Numbered from the whole stretch's first letter, positions 23,835 to 37,150 are shown. The stretch: 63,494 nucleotides of DNA, filler included, from Octopus bimaculoides (GCF_001194135.2; 7 parts of 7 records of this genome joined end to end with filler, not necessarily neighbours in it), one strand, 5' to 3'. A program made the numbers and translations. The notes: a model not told the origin generated them from the letters alone.

Positions 23835-23985
23835 TAAGTCAATGACAGACCTTTCTTTTTTCCTCGCAGGAGCGAAAGGGACAAATCTGATTTCAGCAGG
23901 ATTTGAAATCAGGACGCACAGAGCTGGAAACAATAAAAACCGCTAAGCACTTTGTTTGCTGCGCTAACGATTCTGTCAAATCACT
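23835..23985 (-). mobile_element. SINE family A, 5' half, decayed
   Basis: Reverse complement has ACAGAATCGTTAGCGCAGC..AGTGCTTAGCGG and TTTCAAATCCTGCTG. Confidence 0.7.
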
Positions 23986-24117
23986 AACTTGACAATAATA
24001 GTAATAATAAGTGTAATAAATAATTATAATAAACTCAGTGGTAGTGGTAGCAGTCACAGCAGCAGCAATCGTAGTAGTAGTCGCAGCTACAGCAGCAGCT
24101 GTATAGTAGTAGTAGTG

Positions 24118-24174
<57 letters not shown>

Positions 24175-24356
24175 ATAGTAGTTGATATTTGTGGAAATGG
24201 TATTTAGATTAGTATCATATAACTTTGTAATGAATGTAATTTGGTAATTTAGCAAAGTATAAAACAAACAGCAGCAACAACAACATCATCAAAAATCATT
24301 AACCCCTGGTATGCAATTACGTACATTCAGACACACTCACATATTCTCTCCCTCTC

Positions 24357-24456
24357 NNNNNNNNNNNNNNNNNNNNNNNNNNNNNNNNNNNNNNNNNNNN
24401 TTAATTAATTAANNNNNNNNNNNNNNNNNNNNNNNNNNNNNNNNNNNNNNNNNNNN
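24357..24456. other. Artificial scaffolding spacer: 44 N + TTAATTAATTAA + 44 N
   Basis: The same 100-bp construct recurs with its core at 33971, 44725, 51045, 55309 and 61478. It places stop codons in all six frames. Confidence 0.97.
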
Positions 24457-24489
24457 ATATATATATATATATATATATACTGTGAGTAT

Positions 24490-24790
24490 ATATATCATGC
24501 GATCACATGATTGACTAGACTATCAGGTGTTATAAATTTATGGTAACAAAGCGCCGTGTATCATTTTACATTTCAAAAGATGTCAACCTGCTGGTCACGT
24601 GAGCAGGCAAACATCGTTCCTGATCGGAAAGCTAGTCCGTCGCAAAGTTACGCATTTACAGCTGAGTGGACTGTAACAACATGAAATGATGTGTTTTACT
24701 GAAGAACACATAAAGCAGGTCGGTCCAAGAATCGAACCGACGATCTAACGATCGTGAATACAACACTCTGACCATTAGGTCACACCTTTC
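24490..24790 (-). mobile_element. tRNA-derived SINE family C
   Basis: Reverse complement head GGTGTGACCTAATGGTCAGAGTG...GGTTCGATTCTTGGACCGACC (A and B boxes), then TGTGTTCTT..CAGTCCACTCAGCTGTAAATG. Confidence 0.7.
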
Positions 24791-25197
24791 ACACACACAC
24801 GCATATATTTATGTATATAGAAAAATATATCAACATTTGATTCTGTTTCTGTGTAGTTCTGTATATTCTATTTCCTATCTTCACATCTTTATTTCTCTCT
24901 GTTTTCATACTTACTATTGTATTCAAATTTATAACCTTTGGCCATAAGCAATATATTGAAATAAATGTCTATATTTTTTTTTGCTACTTGCATATGTAGA
25001 CGAAACTGCTATAAATTTGGTTTTGACTAATATCCTGCATATAGATTTTTTTTACTGTTTATATGTATACATACGTATATTTGGAGATCTTTATATTTTG
25101 TACATTAGTTAATGCATATATATCTGTCAACATAAGTTGTTCTATTTACATTTATATACAGATTGAGAGAATGATATAAATACATAAATATACAACA

Positions 25198-25231
<34 letters not shown>

Positions 25232-25421
25232 NNNNNNNNNNNNNNNNNNNNNNNNNNNNNNNNNNNNNNNNNNNNNNNNNNNNNNNNNNNNNNNNNNNNN
25301 NNNNNNNNNNNNNNNNNNNNNNNNNNNNNNNAAAAACCTTATAAGGGAAAAATTATTAATTATTCCCTTTAAATATATTTAGTTATATTAAGAGCATTAC
25401 TATACATAAATTCCTCACGCA

Positions 25422-25529
25422 ACGAGGGACTCTTAAAGTCAAAACTACCATAATATGGTAATAATAAACTACCATAATATGGTAATAATATTTGTAAAAG
25501 GTAGCGTTTTGACTTGAAACACCCCCTTA
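25422..25529. mobile_element. Very small mariner-type MITE with internal 24-bp tandem duplication
   Basis: Left ACGAGGGACTCTTAAAGTCAAAACTACC; reverse complement of right end AAGGGGGTGTTTCAAGTCAAAACGCTACC; AAACTACCATAATATGGTAATAAT occurs twice. Confidence 0.55.
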
Positions 25530-26159
25530 ATTTATATTCACACCTCCTACTTGTAATTTTCCATAGTTATATATAATAATAGTTTTTCTTTTGTCATCGA
25601 AACTTCGAAATCTCAGTCAGTTTGTTTAGTTTTCATTCCTGAAGTGAGTAATTTTTCTAGTGTAGTTTACGTCGTCCTTTTAATTAAATTGTATAAAATT
25701 ACTGAAAATATATGTGTGTATATGTGTGTGCACACGCGTATATGCATACGTGTGTATATGTATATATTTATACATACACGCATACACATATATTCACATA
25801 CACATACACACCCATATTTTGTAAAAAAATATTTGAGTATATGTTAATTAAAAGACTAAATGAACATATGTGCATTATTTGTAAAGAATATGTCTATACT
25901 TTTATTTCACTTGCAAATTTTTTTGAGCCAGAGTTCCACGTATTGATTTTGTTTTAATATAAGAAGTGACTTTCATTAATTACATTGTTGGAATACATTA
26001 ATAATTAACAAAATATTTCACTAAATATTCTACTTAAGAAACGTGGAAAATATTATTTGGCAAAATTTTATACAACAGTTAGTGACTATCATATTGTTAA
26101 TAGTAATAGGCATAATAATTATAAAAAATTTCAGTGGAATGTTGGTAAATTATTGGCTT

Positions 26160-26169
26160 GATAATGATG

Positions 26170-26257
<88 letters not shown>

Positions 26258-26297
26258 TGATGATGATGATGATGATAATAATAATAATAATAGTGAT
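26160..26297. repeat. (AAT)n/(GAT)n microsatellite
   Basis: Directly visible. Confidence 0.97.
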
Positions 26298-26785
26298 AAT
26301 CGAAAAATGGTATGAACACAAGCCAGATGGAGTAATGGAAAACGAACATTACAAATCACTCTGGGATTTTAACATGCAGTGCGACGAAGTTACAGAGGCG
26401 AGACGAGCAGATGTCGTGCTCATCCTAAAGATGAAACAGAAGTAATGATAATAGATATTTGAGGCAGTTTGAGGGCGAAATGCAAGGGCACAAAAAAGAT
26501 TGAGAAATACCAGCCACTGCGGGACGAGATAGGAAACTTATGGAACATGAGGAAAGTAATGGTGATACCGGTGGTAATTGGAGCATCAGGAGCAGTTTCA
26601 AAAGGCTTTGAAAAACATATTAAGAATAGTGGAGCTGTATTATTGGGTACAGCTCGCATTCGAAGGAGAGTGTTGACTCCGAGTCACAGGAGAAGGCACT
26701 ACTTGAAATCTATGGTGATTTGTTATTGCCTGCTTTCAAGTAATGAATAACCGGTAATTAAAAAAAATTTGTGAGTCTTCTAGAA
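26298..26785 (+). mobile_element. 5'-truncated R4/Dong-clade non-LTR element (restriction-like endonuclease C-terminus)
   Basis: Across frameshifts reads KWYEHKPDGVMENEHYKSLWDFNMQCD..EARRADVV, IID, KKIEKYQPLRDEIGNLWNM, VIPVVIGASG and LLGTARIRRRVL. Flanked by (AAT)n on both sides. Confidence 0.85.
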
Positions 26786-26814
26786 TAACAACAACAACAA
26801 CAATAATAATAATA

Positions 26815-29800
26815 ATTTCATTTTTTGGCCACTAGGGCCGACATATAGGGGACAATACAGTAGACATGGACGGAAACACCGAGTACACAATTGAAACATT
26901 AACAATAATATCCTACAAAAAGAATTTAACAATAGAGGTGAGGGGTGTAACCTCCTGGATTTGATTCAGTTACCCCATTATTCCTGAACAACTTGACATT
27001 TCGAGGGCATCCTGGAAGAGCGCCCTTCTCCCACTCAAATTCACTTGCCTTATTAGAGTAGGTCCACTCATACGGGCCATTTTCGCTACATTCACCCACC
27101 TTTTAGCAGATATACTGGGAGGCAGTACTTCTCTCTCCTTCCCCATCTTCCTTTCCAAGTGTAATTTGAAAAATTTGATGTGGGATTGACCAAAAAGAAA
27201 TGTCTGTCTTCAGTCCTTTTAACCTGGTCCACCATACAACCTCTTTTGCTACAGCTGTCAGACAGAGGAAACTTGCCTGCCCTTTCGGACCGATGGAAGG
27301 TGGCGGATCGATCTTCACTATGGACTCGGCCGATAGCCGGATCCGTCCTTCATGTGATATCAGCTGTTCAACATAAATCTACAAGTCAATAATGCAACGC
27401 GATTGGACGAGTGTGTGCAGAACGGTTTCGTCGCTCTGCGCGCATCTCGGGCACGTCCGTCTGACAGCACTTCTATGCCTGTAGAGTTTATCTCCAGCCG
27501 GCAGTGCCCCCCCCCCCCCNNNNNNNNNNCACTGCCAAGTAGGGATTTCTGGAAGTTATCCATCGTTCCCGGCTCGAAAATCCTCCTGAACAGATCGGTC
27601 AGTTTGACTTCGTCAATGCCTAGCGTCTCGACAAGTGCGTCATCGCTCTTTCCCTCTAGTAACCCTCTAAAGAACGGAAGAGTGGATGTTCCACTGATCG
27701 AAATGCCTGACTGGTAGAGGGCAGTGAGTGCCTCGAAACATTCCAGATGCCAGTCACCCTGCCTCGGTCTCTTCTTGACCCAGGACTGCAGTTGAGTCAG
27801 GGAGACCAGCTGTGGGTAGGCTTGTTTGATAAACGGCGATCACACCTGTTCACCGGTTATGCAGAATATTTGGAGATGCCGCATCCTTAGCGCATGTCTG
27901 CGTATCATTAGTCACGGCATGCCCAGCCCACAGCGTAGAGGGTGTTGGCAGCAGACACAGCGCCTCACCAGTGGAACCTGTATCCTCCACAAGAATTTGA
28001 AGAGGAGGCGCTCCAGCTTGGCGAACCGCGATTGTGGTCAAGGCACGACTGTCAAGCGGTAGTACATGATGGACGTGATGTACACATTCGCCACCACCGC
28101 CCGACCTCTCATCCCATTATTGGGTGAAACTGGCTACCCTTCTCGTCACCTCGTCCCAATACTTATCCACCTGGAGGACTGGTCCGAACCAAACCCCAAG
28201 CAACTTTACTAGTTCGTCCGTCCAGCGCCCAACAATGCTGTTGGACGGCATGCACTTACCTCTCCAGGTACCGAGTTGCCACCCCAGCGGGTTCTCCGGG
28301 TTAACCTTTGCTCCTGACAACTTTTCATATTCCTCCGATGATGTGCCGACCACCTCGATTTCTGAGGTGTCAGACATCATCACGGTGATGTCATTCGCAT
28401 ACGCCGACACAGACATTTTGCATCCAGGTTCGACTCTTGAGCCTTTATTGCAGCAGCTCTAGTTTCTGCAGTAAAGGCTCAAGTGTGAATACGTACAGAG
28501 GGGAGGAGAGAGGGCACCCTTAACTGACCGATCGGGAAATCTGAAACGGTTCCGAAAGCTGGCCATTAACTTTGACCACCGAGGAGATGCCGCTGTGCGT
28601 TGCAGCGATCCAACCTCTGAATACGGGGACAAAGCTAGTTGCTTTGAGGACAACGTCTAGATATTGATGGTCGCCCCTATCGAATGCTTTCGATTGATCT
28701 AAATTGATCAGCGTCCCACCGGAGCCAGGTTTTACACCCTACCCTGTCTATAATGTATTGCATGAGGTGGAGGTTGTCGTGTATGGACCTAGTCGGGATT
28801 TCGTAAGTTTGCGCCTCCAAAACCTAATCCGAATTGTGGTTTTATTAACACGCTGCGTCTCCGCCACGCGGGCCCATCGAGCAGCTTTGATCCCCTCGTT
28901 TCTTAGAGCACGCACCTTAGCTCTGACAATGCAACCTTCATATTTCGCATTGAAGAACTGGTCTAATGCCATTCTCGCTGCTAGCACGTCGGTTGCAATG
29001 CTACTACAAATAGCCTCGTCTAATTTAGCTACTAACCCCTCCTCCTTTCTATTTATTCTAACGCTATTTGTTTGATAAACCCTATAGATATTACTCTACT
29101 CTCTTTTGAGAGTCGCTCACAACTTGTTGTTGACGATCCCCACCTTTCAACCTCTGCTTGACTAAATTACTGACCCGGTCCCTGTAAGCCTGACGTGCCG
29201 GAAACGACATGTTCAACGTCCAGTATCCGGGTCCTAACCTACGAGCCTTATCTAGGTTGACCGTACAGATCACAGACTTATAGTCTGAATAGGCTACCGT
29301 TTTAAAAAGTGGACATCCTACACTATTATTATGTATTTTCCTAGTGAAAAAATCCTATTTGTATACGATCTAGATGACCCTAAGCGGTTTGTCCAGGGCC
29401 ACACTGGCGCATTAGGGAAATCTAGTCGGTATCTGTCAGGAATTTGGAACTGTCTGATCCAGTGCTTGAGGCTTTTGCACTCCACCTCTGCTATCAACTA
29501 CTCAGACACAACCCCAGCGTTGATTTAAGGTTCCGTTCCAGTCCCCTACTAACAGTAAAGCGCGAGACGTACCTCGAAAGGCTTCCAGACGCCTAAAGAA
29601 ATCCGGCCGTTTGGCTCCGGTAGGAGCGTAGGCAGCAACCAGTCTACAGACACTACCTTCACTATTGCTCACGTCCAGGACTACCAATTTCCCGTTCGGG
29701 TCCCTGAAGATCAACTTGAGGTAGATCCAGTTCTTTCCTGAACACTGCTGTCACTCCATCTCCGGCCGACTAATAGATGCAAAGATCTGATAGTCGTCGA

Positions 29801-30086
29801 ACATGGGGGCTAGATCTCACTGACAGCAGGTATATCCAATTTTAGAGACCTGAGGTCATTGAGCAGGGGCCCCTGCTTCCAGGGCGACCCCAGGCCTCGA
29901 ACATTTAAAAATCCTACTCTTAGTATGGCTATGTTGGCAAACAATAGAGAGAAGGGAAAGGTTTACTTATCTCCCGGTGTCTTGTGAAGGTCGGGTGGTT
30001 CGACTTCCATAATTGGAGGGGCCTTTTTTTGGGAACCCCTTTAAGAGCCACGATGTGGATCTCACGTTCGGGGTTCTCACGTCCTT
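26815..30086 (-). mobile_element. Tx1/L1-clade LINE: ORF1 tail, ORF2 (AP-endonuclease, RT, CCHC finger) and 3' UTR; decayed, 5' end in gap
   Basis: ORF2 starts near 29932 (LRVGFLNVRGLG). Motifs LVAAYAP, VGDWN, GPGYWTLN, RSIHDNLHLM, LINLDQSKAFDR, VSAYANDIT, KLLGVWFG and CPRC..ETVLH. Many stops and frameshifts. Confidence 0.95.
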
Positions 30087-32458
30087 NNNNNNNNNNNNNN
30101 NNNNNNNNNNNNNNNNNNNNNNNNNNNNNNNNNNNNNNNNNNNNNNNNNNNNNNNNNNNNNNNNNNNNNNNNNNNNNNNNNNNNNNNNNNNNNNNNNNNN
30201 NNNNNNNNNNNNNNNNNNNNNNNNNNNNNNNNNNNNNNNTATATATATATATATATATATATATGAACTATATATGGAATGTTTGTTCACATGGATACTT
30301 CCCATATCCTAAGTAATACACTGCCACATGAGAACATGAGAATGTTGGTTTCTTTTAAGCTCTTTCAAAATCGTAAATTTTAGAAATTTAAAGAATCTTG
30401 GTTCTGAAAATCTGGTTTCTTTTCGCACAACATGCCCTCGCAAAGCTTAAATGGTACTTATATTAAAAGGTCCAACTTGTTTTTATTTATACGAGCTGGG
30501 AATAGCTTGTATAAGTTAAACCAAGAACAACAGTACTACTACTAATAAGAGAGAATAGTAACAGAAGCAGTTTACTGTGGTGTTATGCTAAACAACAGTT
30601 ATTGTGTAGTACTAATTGTACTTTCATGGTGGTGATGAATACGAAATATTTAGAAGTTAGCTCCACAAGTTATATAACATACCTTCTGAAGTATAACAAT
30701 TTCATTCATTGTCTGTTGTTTGTCGTGTGTTCTTGCTATAATAGAATGTCTCTCTTCTGTTGTGCGAGTCACGACTTAAATATATCCTCAGGTGAATATT
30801 ACTGTTTTTTTAGTTTGGATTATGTTCTGGATTCTATTTTATTATGAATGTATTTAATGAAATGTGGGCGAGGAGATGCGTCGATGGATTCAGGATTAAT
30901 AATAGGGACAATAATAATGAAGATTATTATAATGAAAAAATTAAATGATAATAGCAAAGCTAATGAACATATATATACGAATAGGAACGTCTGTTAACTT
31001 TGTATCTTATAGTTTTCTGTTACAGTATAGATTTTATTGCTCGGCAATGCATGTATTAAAATTGGACAATTGAAAATTGATTATAGTATAGGTTACTGAA
31101 TTTCAAACATATCCAAACAAATATTCTGTATAACCCCACCGTAAATGTTATAGTCGACTGATTAAGCAAGCGTTCGATTAGTTCTTCGCTTAAATAAGTA
31201 ACCAGTTGATTTAGAATAAAGACTTGAAATTGAACTAGTGTAAATATTTAATGCAATGATCCTTCCAAAATACAACAAAATTATCTTTCAACACACTAAT
31301 TCATATTTAGAATCTTGCAAACCAATTACAAAAGCGAAATGAAATTTCAACATTTTACAAACAAAAGGTAGGATGATCACATAAGCGGTACAAGGAAGAA
31401 ATGACTGTCAAACAGAATTCTTTACACACGTTCTGATCTGCAGAACCTTTAAAAGTATTTACGTGTATAACAGAGATTACCATTGGGTCATTGTTTGATT
31501 CAGGAAGCAATAAAGACAAAAGGACTCTTCTGGTTCAATGTTTACTTACTACATCACTGTAAACGAACACAAGTGCAACAACTCAATGCTATCATTAAGA
31601 ACACATACGACAACAGATTGGTTAAAACGCATTATCGACACCATCTTGAAACTTAATATATACTTTAAAAAATATGGAAATGACGAAGATGGGGATAACG
31701 TTAGCAATCATATGGTGGAGATGAGTCCGTGGCTATACATTCTGGACTGCAAGATCTAAAGGATATTGATGTATCAGTTACTTTTATTAAAATCTTTTCA
31801 ATTAATTCTCTATAGCAACATAAAAGGAGGGAGCTTTCTGAGCATGTGTATAATCTCATGACACTAACCCTAAATTAGTGCAGCCACGAAATTAAATTTG
31901 TTGAGATGAAAACTTTGGGAGCACCTGAGGTGCAGCTTTGCACTAAAATAATTTTTGAGGTCATAACTTCTAGATCGAAGAAGCAATGTACTAACTCCAT
32001 AACACACTCTAATCTAGGTGACGTTTCTTCCTGAAATATAGCCTTACAGCCTTACAAAGGCCAGTAGTTCTGGTTTTATCAAACAGCATAATTAGCCATA
32101 CAAGTCTATCAAAAGAAATTTCAGCTACGAAGAAAATAACGATGAATCTACGGCGTCTTTGTCCAGACCGGAATATTGATAAAATAATTTAGAGCGAAGC
32201 ATAATAAAACGAATGAAATGTTTCTATATTTCTCAATTATGTGGCATCCTTTATATCTACGGGTTAACTGCATAATGAGTACGTTGAAGAAAAACCATCC
32301 GTTGTTATCGGCCATAAAATAAATCAGATCTTTATCGATCAACAAATAAGTATGTGGACTATATGTTTTGTGTACTTTCTTATCTATGTGTGTGTGTGTT
32401 TGTGTGTATACACACAGTGCGCGCGCACTCACACACGTATATATATATATATATATAT

Positions 32459-32497
<39 letters not shown>

Positions 32498-33211
32498 CAT
32501 ACATATNNNNNNNNNNNNNNNNNNNNNNNNNNNNNNNNNNNNNNNNNNNNNNNNNNNNNNNNNNNNNNNNNNNNNNNNNNNNNNNNNNNNNNNNNNNNNN
32601 NNNNNNNNNNNNNNNNNNNNNNNNNNNATATATATATGTATTATGTATGTCTGTATTTGTCTAGATGAGTATATTTGTGTGTGTGCAATGATTACGATTT
32701 CTGCTTAGCTGGGTTGACAATTAATGCTTGTTAGTCTTCAAATGTTTTCCGTGTCGTTCACCGATCGATACCCAAATGATCATTGACTTATAGAGTGAAA
32801 CAAAGTAATCCATTCACGTATACATACTTACATACATACATACATTTATACATACATACACACACACATAGTTCAAGTAAATACATGTACTTATACACAC
32901 CCAAACACATACGTAAATACAGTTATACACACACAGATATATACATGTACACAAATACGTATGAATACACGCGCGCGCGCGCACATACATACACACATAT
33001 GTACAAGAGGCTCCGCGAACTAAACGAGAGTTTGTTTTCCTAAATGGAGGTGAACACCTTTCTCCATGTGATCAGTTTGAAAGATTGTTACGACACTAGG
33101 ATATTTTCTTACTTTTCTTATACATGAAACCAATGGTAGCCTTAATTCACAAATAAAGAAATTATTACATCAATGCGGTGTTGAGCATTCATTTTCAAAG
33201 TTCGACATTTA

Positions 33212-33245
<34 letters not shown>

Positions 33246-33269
33246 ACATATATACGTATACAAATATAT

Positions 33270-33490
33270 TCTTTTATTCTTTTCTCTTATCTATTTCAGT
33301 CATTTGACTGCAGCCATATTGGAACAGCGCCTTTAGTCGAACAAATCGACAAAAAAGAGTTATTCTTTTTAAGCCTCATACTCAATATATCGGTCTTATT
33401 TGCCGAACCGCAATGTTACGGGGACGTAAGCACACCAAGATCGGTTGTCAAGCGATGGTTGGGTGGACGAATACAGACACACAATCCTAT
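33270..33490 (-). mobile_element. SINE family B, 3' half
   Basis: Homologous to 42215-42415 (CGCTTGACAACCGAT, GTCCCCGTAAC, CAGTCAAATGACTGAAA). Confidence 0.85.
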
Positions 33491-33498
33491 ACACACAC

Positions 33499-33534
<36 letters not shown>

Positions 33535-33566
33535 TACATAGATACATACATACATACATACATATA

Positions 33567-33720
33567 CAGGGGTTGGACAAAATAATGGAAACACCTAGCA
33601 TCATAGCATCATAATTTTGAAATATCTTTAAAACTCTCAAAAGCTTGTTTATTTTTATGTTTTTCGATTCATTATAAGTGTTGCTTAATATGTTTTGCTA
33701 AAATTTGAGTGAATAAGAAA
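33567..33720 (+). mobile_element. Tc1-like element left terminus
   Basis: TA|CAGGGGTTGGACAAAATAATGGAAACACC, a Tc1-type TIR start; no partner end seen. Confidence 0.6.
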
Positions 33721-34026
33721 TAGTACTCTTTCGTGGTTTTAGGCTTTCACTGCCATTTTTAGCATGTAAGTAATCCACATAGTGGTTTTCTCTCCGTGTG
33801 TGTTTCATACACTATTATACTTTAAAATAGTTGTCTTCTCTCTCTTATTACGCATGCTAGCCACTGGTAAATAGTTACCTAATGATTTTTACCCTTATAT
33901 AAATAGTTATATATATATATATATATNNNNNNNNNNNNNNNNNNNNNNNNNNNNNNNNNNNNNNNNNNNNTTAATTAATTAANNNNNNNNNNNNNNNNNN
34001 NNNNNNNNNNNNNNNNNNNNNNNNNN

Positions 34027-34059
<33 letters not shown>

Positions 34060-34189
34060 CAAATAATAAATGAGTATATGCATATATACGTACAAGTATG
34101 TGCATACCTACATCTACCTGTATATATAGGTACATATCTGGGTACAACAATCTAATGATTAAAACAAGTTAAAGATAAATCTATGTATT

Positions 34190-34335
34190 CACAACAGGCT
34201 TCCACACAGTTTCCGTCAACCAAATTCACTCACAAGTCATTGGTCGATACGTGGCTATAGCGGAAGACACTACCAGGGGCGACGTTAGTGGGATGGAACC
34301 CAAAACCATGCGGTTGCAAAAACAACTTGCTAATC
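34190..34335 (-). mobile_element. SINE family B, 5' half, decayed
   Basis: Reverse complement matches the head and GTGTCTTC.GCTATAGCC region. Confidence 0.7.
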
Positions 34336-35002
34336 ACAGAGCCAGGCCTGTTTGTTTAGACAGAATTTTAGCAATGATTAAACCATATTTACACAACCAA
34401 AAAATAAAAAAGAATGGTAGAGAAAGGAAAATACGGAACAAGAGGAAAAAATAAAAGCTAAAAACGGAAGCTATGCAAGTATAAAGTAAAGGAAGAAGGA
34501 CAAGCAAAAATCTATACAAACTTAATATAAATGCCGGTGTATATTAAATGCAGTATTTGAGGCCTTTCGACAGGGTATTATGCGGTAAAACAGCCACAGG
34601 GCTTAAAGCCCGAAAGATGAATTAATTTACGCTTTTAAAAATAATGTTGAAATGAAAACAAACTTGCATCGTTGGACGCCTAATATCAGACACTGATCTC
34701 ATTAATATTACTATTATAATTTTAATTTTTAACGAAAAAATTAAATGTGCATGAAATCTATAGAAATATGGAAATTTTAAAGGTTTTTTTTTCGTGAATT
34801 TGAATATTCTTTAAGCAAATGCAGTCAGAAATAACAAATAATATTTTTGCGTTTATTTTTTTTTTCTAAAGAAAACCGCATTAATATTAAAATTTTCCGT
34901 ATTTGGTATTATATTTATATTCTAAATATTTATTAACCCTAATATGCACCGTAATCCCGTAAGCTCAGCGTGGGCAGAAATAACATATGTACATATATAA
35001 GT

Positions 35003-35150
35003 GCAGGCGTGGCTGTGTGGTAAGAAGTTTGCTTCCCAGTCACATTGCTCGGGGTTCAGTCTCACAGCATGGCACCTTGGGCAAGTGGTTTCTACTATAG
35101 CCTCAGATTTGGTAGGTGGAAAGTGAATGAAGCGGACTATAATAACTGTT
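35003..35150 (+). mobile_element. SINE family B head with internal deletion
   Basis: GCAGGCGTGGCTGTGTGGTAAGAAGTTTGCTTCCC...GGGTTCAGTCTCACAGCATGGCACCTTGGGCAAGTG. Confidence 0.85.
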
Positions 35151-35289
35151 GTAAGTTAATCATCCATAGTCTGATATTATACGCACACACACACACACAC
35201 ACACGCACGCACACTCACACATATATATAATCGAATATAGTCAATGAGAATACAGTACACTGAATATTCGAATAAGTGCTCTTGGTTAT

Positions 35290-35486
35290 ATATATATGTA
35301 TAGTTGAAATTTATAGAAAAACAAGATACGAAGACAGGTGTACGAACAACAAGCAAGTGTATTAGTTTGACAATCGGGAAAAATAAAAAAAGTCTTTATG
35401 TTTCGAGCCTACGCTCTTCAACAGAAAGGAATAAGAGGAAAATAAACAGAGAGAGAATGAAAAAAACTTGTAGACTTCGGCGGTCC

Positions 35487-35490
<4 letters not shown>
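35290..35490 (-). mobile_element. Minimal-hammerhead-bearing repeat (copy 2 of 3)
   Basis: Reverse complement CCTTT CTGTTGA A GAGC GTAG GCTC GAAA CAT AAAGA; flanks homologous to 6493-6700. Confidence 0.6.
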
Positions 35491-35548
<58 letters not shown>

Positions 35549-36569
35549 NNNNNNNNNNNNNNNNNNNNNNNNNNNNNNNNNNNNNNNNNNNNNNNNNNNN
35601 NNNNNNNNNNNNNNNNNNNNNNNNNNNNNNNNNNNNNNNNNNNNNNNNNNNNNNNNNNNNNNNNNNNNNNNNNNNNNNNNNNNNNNNNNNNNNNNNNNNN
35701 NNNNNNNNNNNNNNNNNNNNNNNNNNNNNNNNNNNNNNNNNNNNNNNNNNNNNNNNNNNNNNNNNNNNNNNNNNNNNNNNNNNNNNNNNNNNNNNNNNNN
35801 NNNNNNNNNNNNNNNNNNNNNNNNNNNNNNNNNNNNNNNNNNNNNNNNNNNNNNNNNNNNNNNNNNNNNNNNNNNNNNNNNNNNNNNNNNNNNNNNNNNN
35901 NNNNNNNNNNNNNNNNNNNNNNNNNNNNNNNNNNNNNNNNNNNNNNNNNNNNNNNNNNNNNNNNNNNNNNNNNNNNNNNNNNNNNNTATATATACTAGAA
36001 GCATGCACGAAATCGAATATATGGTACCATTATTCTAACCTTGAAAGGAAAATAAATTAAATTTACTGTAGCTGAAAGCAAATATTGTACATTGATATCA
36101 ACGAATACTTTTACATGCAGACAAAGCAAATAGATCGGTAAAAATTGGTACAAAGGCAGCAACAAAGTACAATGGCACTACAAAAGCAAATAAATTCCTA
36201 CAGATTCAATACATGCAGAAGAAGCAAATATTTCATTAGTATTTGTTGTACAACCGGCAACATGAGAAAAATAGCTTCAGAGGATCTTGTTTCGCCCCAA
36301 GTCTTTATCGTTTTATCAATTGATAGTGGACTAAAATACGTTGCCTCTACCCCCATTACAGTGTTCTTTGGTGTAGGTTACAACGTTGACTGAATATTCT
36401 ATGTTATAGCAATTGCGTTTCGTTAGTTTTAAAGTCATTGGATTTAATACTGTAGGCAATTTACCGTAAATCAAAAACGCTGTTCGCTGTTCACTGTTTT
36501 CTGTTCACAATTCGCAGTTACTGGAGTGTTTGTGAAAGGAAGTTAATTCAAAATTTTAATTTGTTAGAC

Positions 36570-36615
36570 TGCGAGGGGGTGCTGAAAAGTTCCTGGCTAT
36601 GGGTAAAAATTAAAA
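36570..36615 (+). mobile_element. Mariner-type TIR fragment at gap edge
   Basis: T(G)CGAGGGGGTGCTGAAAAGTTCCTGGCT resembles a TACGAGGG mariner terminus. Confidence 0.5.
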
Positions 36616-36990
36616 NNNNNNNNNNNNNNNNNNNNNNNNNNNNNNNNNNNNNNNNNNNNNNNNNNNNNNNNNNNNNNNNNNNNNNNNNNNNNNNNNNNNN
36701 NNNNNNNNNNNNNNNNNNNNNNNNNNNNNNNNNNNNNNNNNNNNNNNNNNNNNNNNNNNNNNNNNNNNNNNNNNNNNNNNNNNNNNNNNNNNNNNNNNNN
36801 NNNNNNNNNNNNNNNNNNNNNNNNNNNNNNNNNNNNNNNNNNNNNNNNNNNNNNNNNNNNNNNNNNNNNNNNNNNNNNNNNNNNNNNNNNNNNNNNNNNN
36901 NNNNNNNNNNNNNNNNNNNNNNNNNNNNNNNNNNNNNNNNNNNNNNNNNNNNNNNNNNNNNNNNNNNNNNNNNNNNNNNNNNNNNNNNNG

Positions 36991-37150
36991 GTGGAGGTCA
37001 ATAACAAAAGATCTTAAAAGCAGAGGGTTAAGAATGGAACAAACTGGCAAGGACCCATTCAGTGTTAGAAGGTGGGATGATCTTGCTATCGCCTCAAGTG
37101 CCACGAGGCACAATGAGAACCAAATGAATAAATGAAGGAATGAATTTCCC
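36991..37150 (+). mobile_element. RTE-type LINE 3' end
   Basis: WRSITKDLKSRGL...RWDDLAIASSATRHNE resembles the RTE ORF C-terminus, followed by an AATG-like tail. Confidence 0.6.

Noticed and set aside
24401-24412. Recurrent palindrome TTAATTAATTAA (six occurrences)
   Set aside because: Always centred between exactly 44 N on each side: an assembler-inserted six-frame stop linker, not biology.
31340-31760. Coding-like AT-rich stretch
   Set aside because: All frames are interrupted and I could not place a convincing transposase or host-protein motif.
36150-36400. Possible hAT dimerisation-domain remnant on the minus strand (KYL..ASSACIE)
   Set aside because: Needs a frameshift and matches only a few residues; not supportable by eye.
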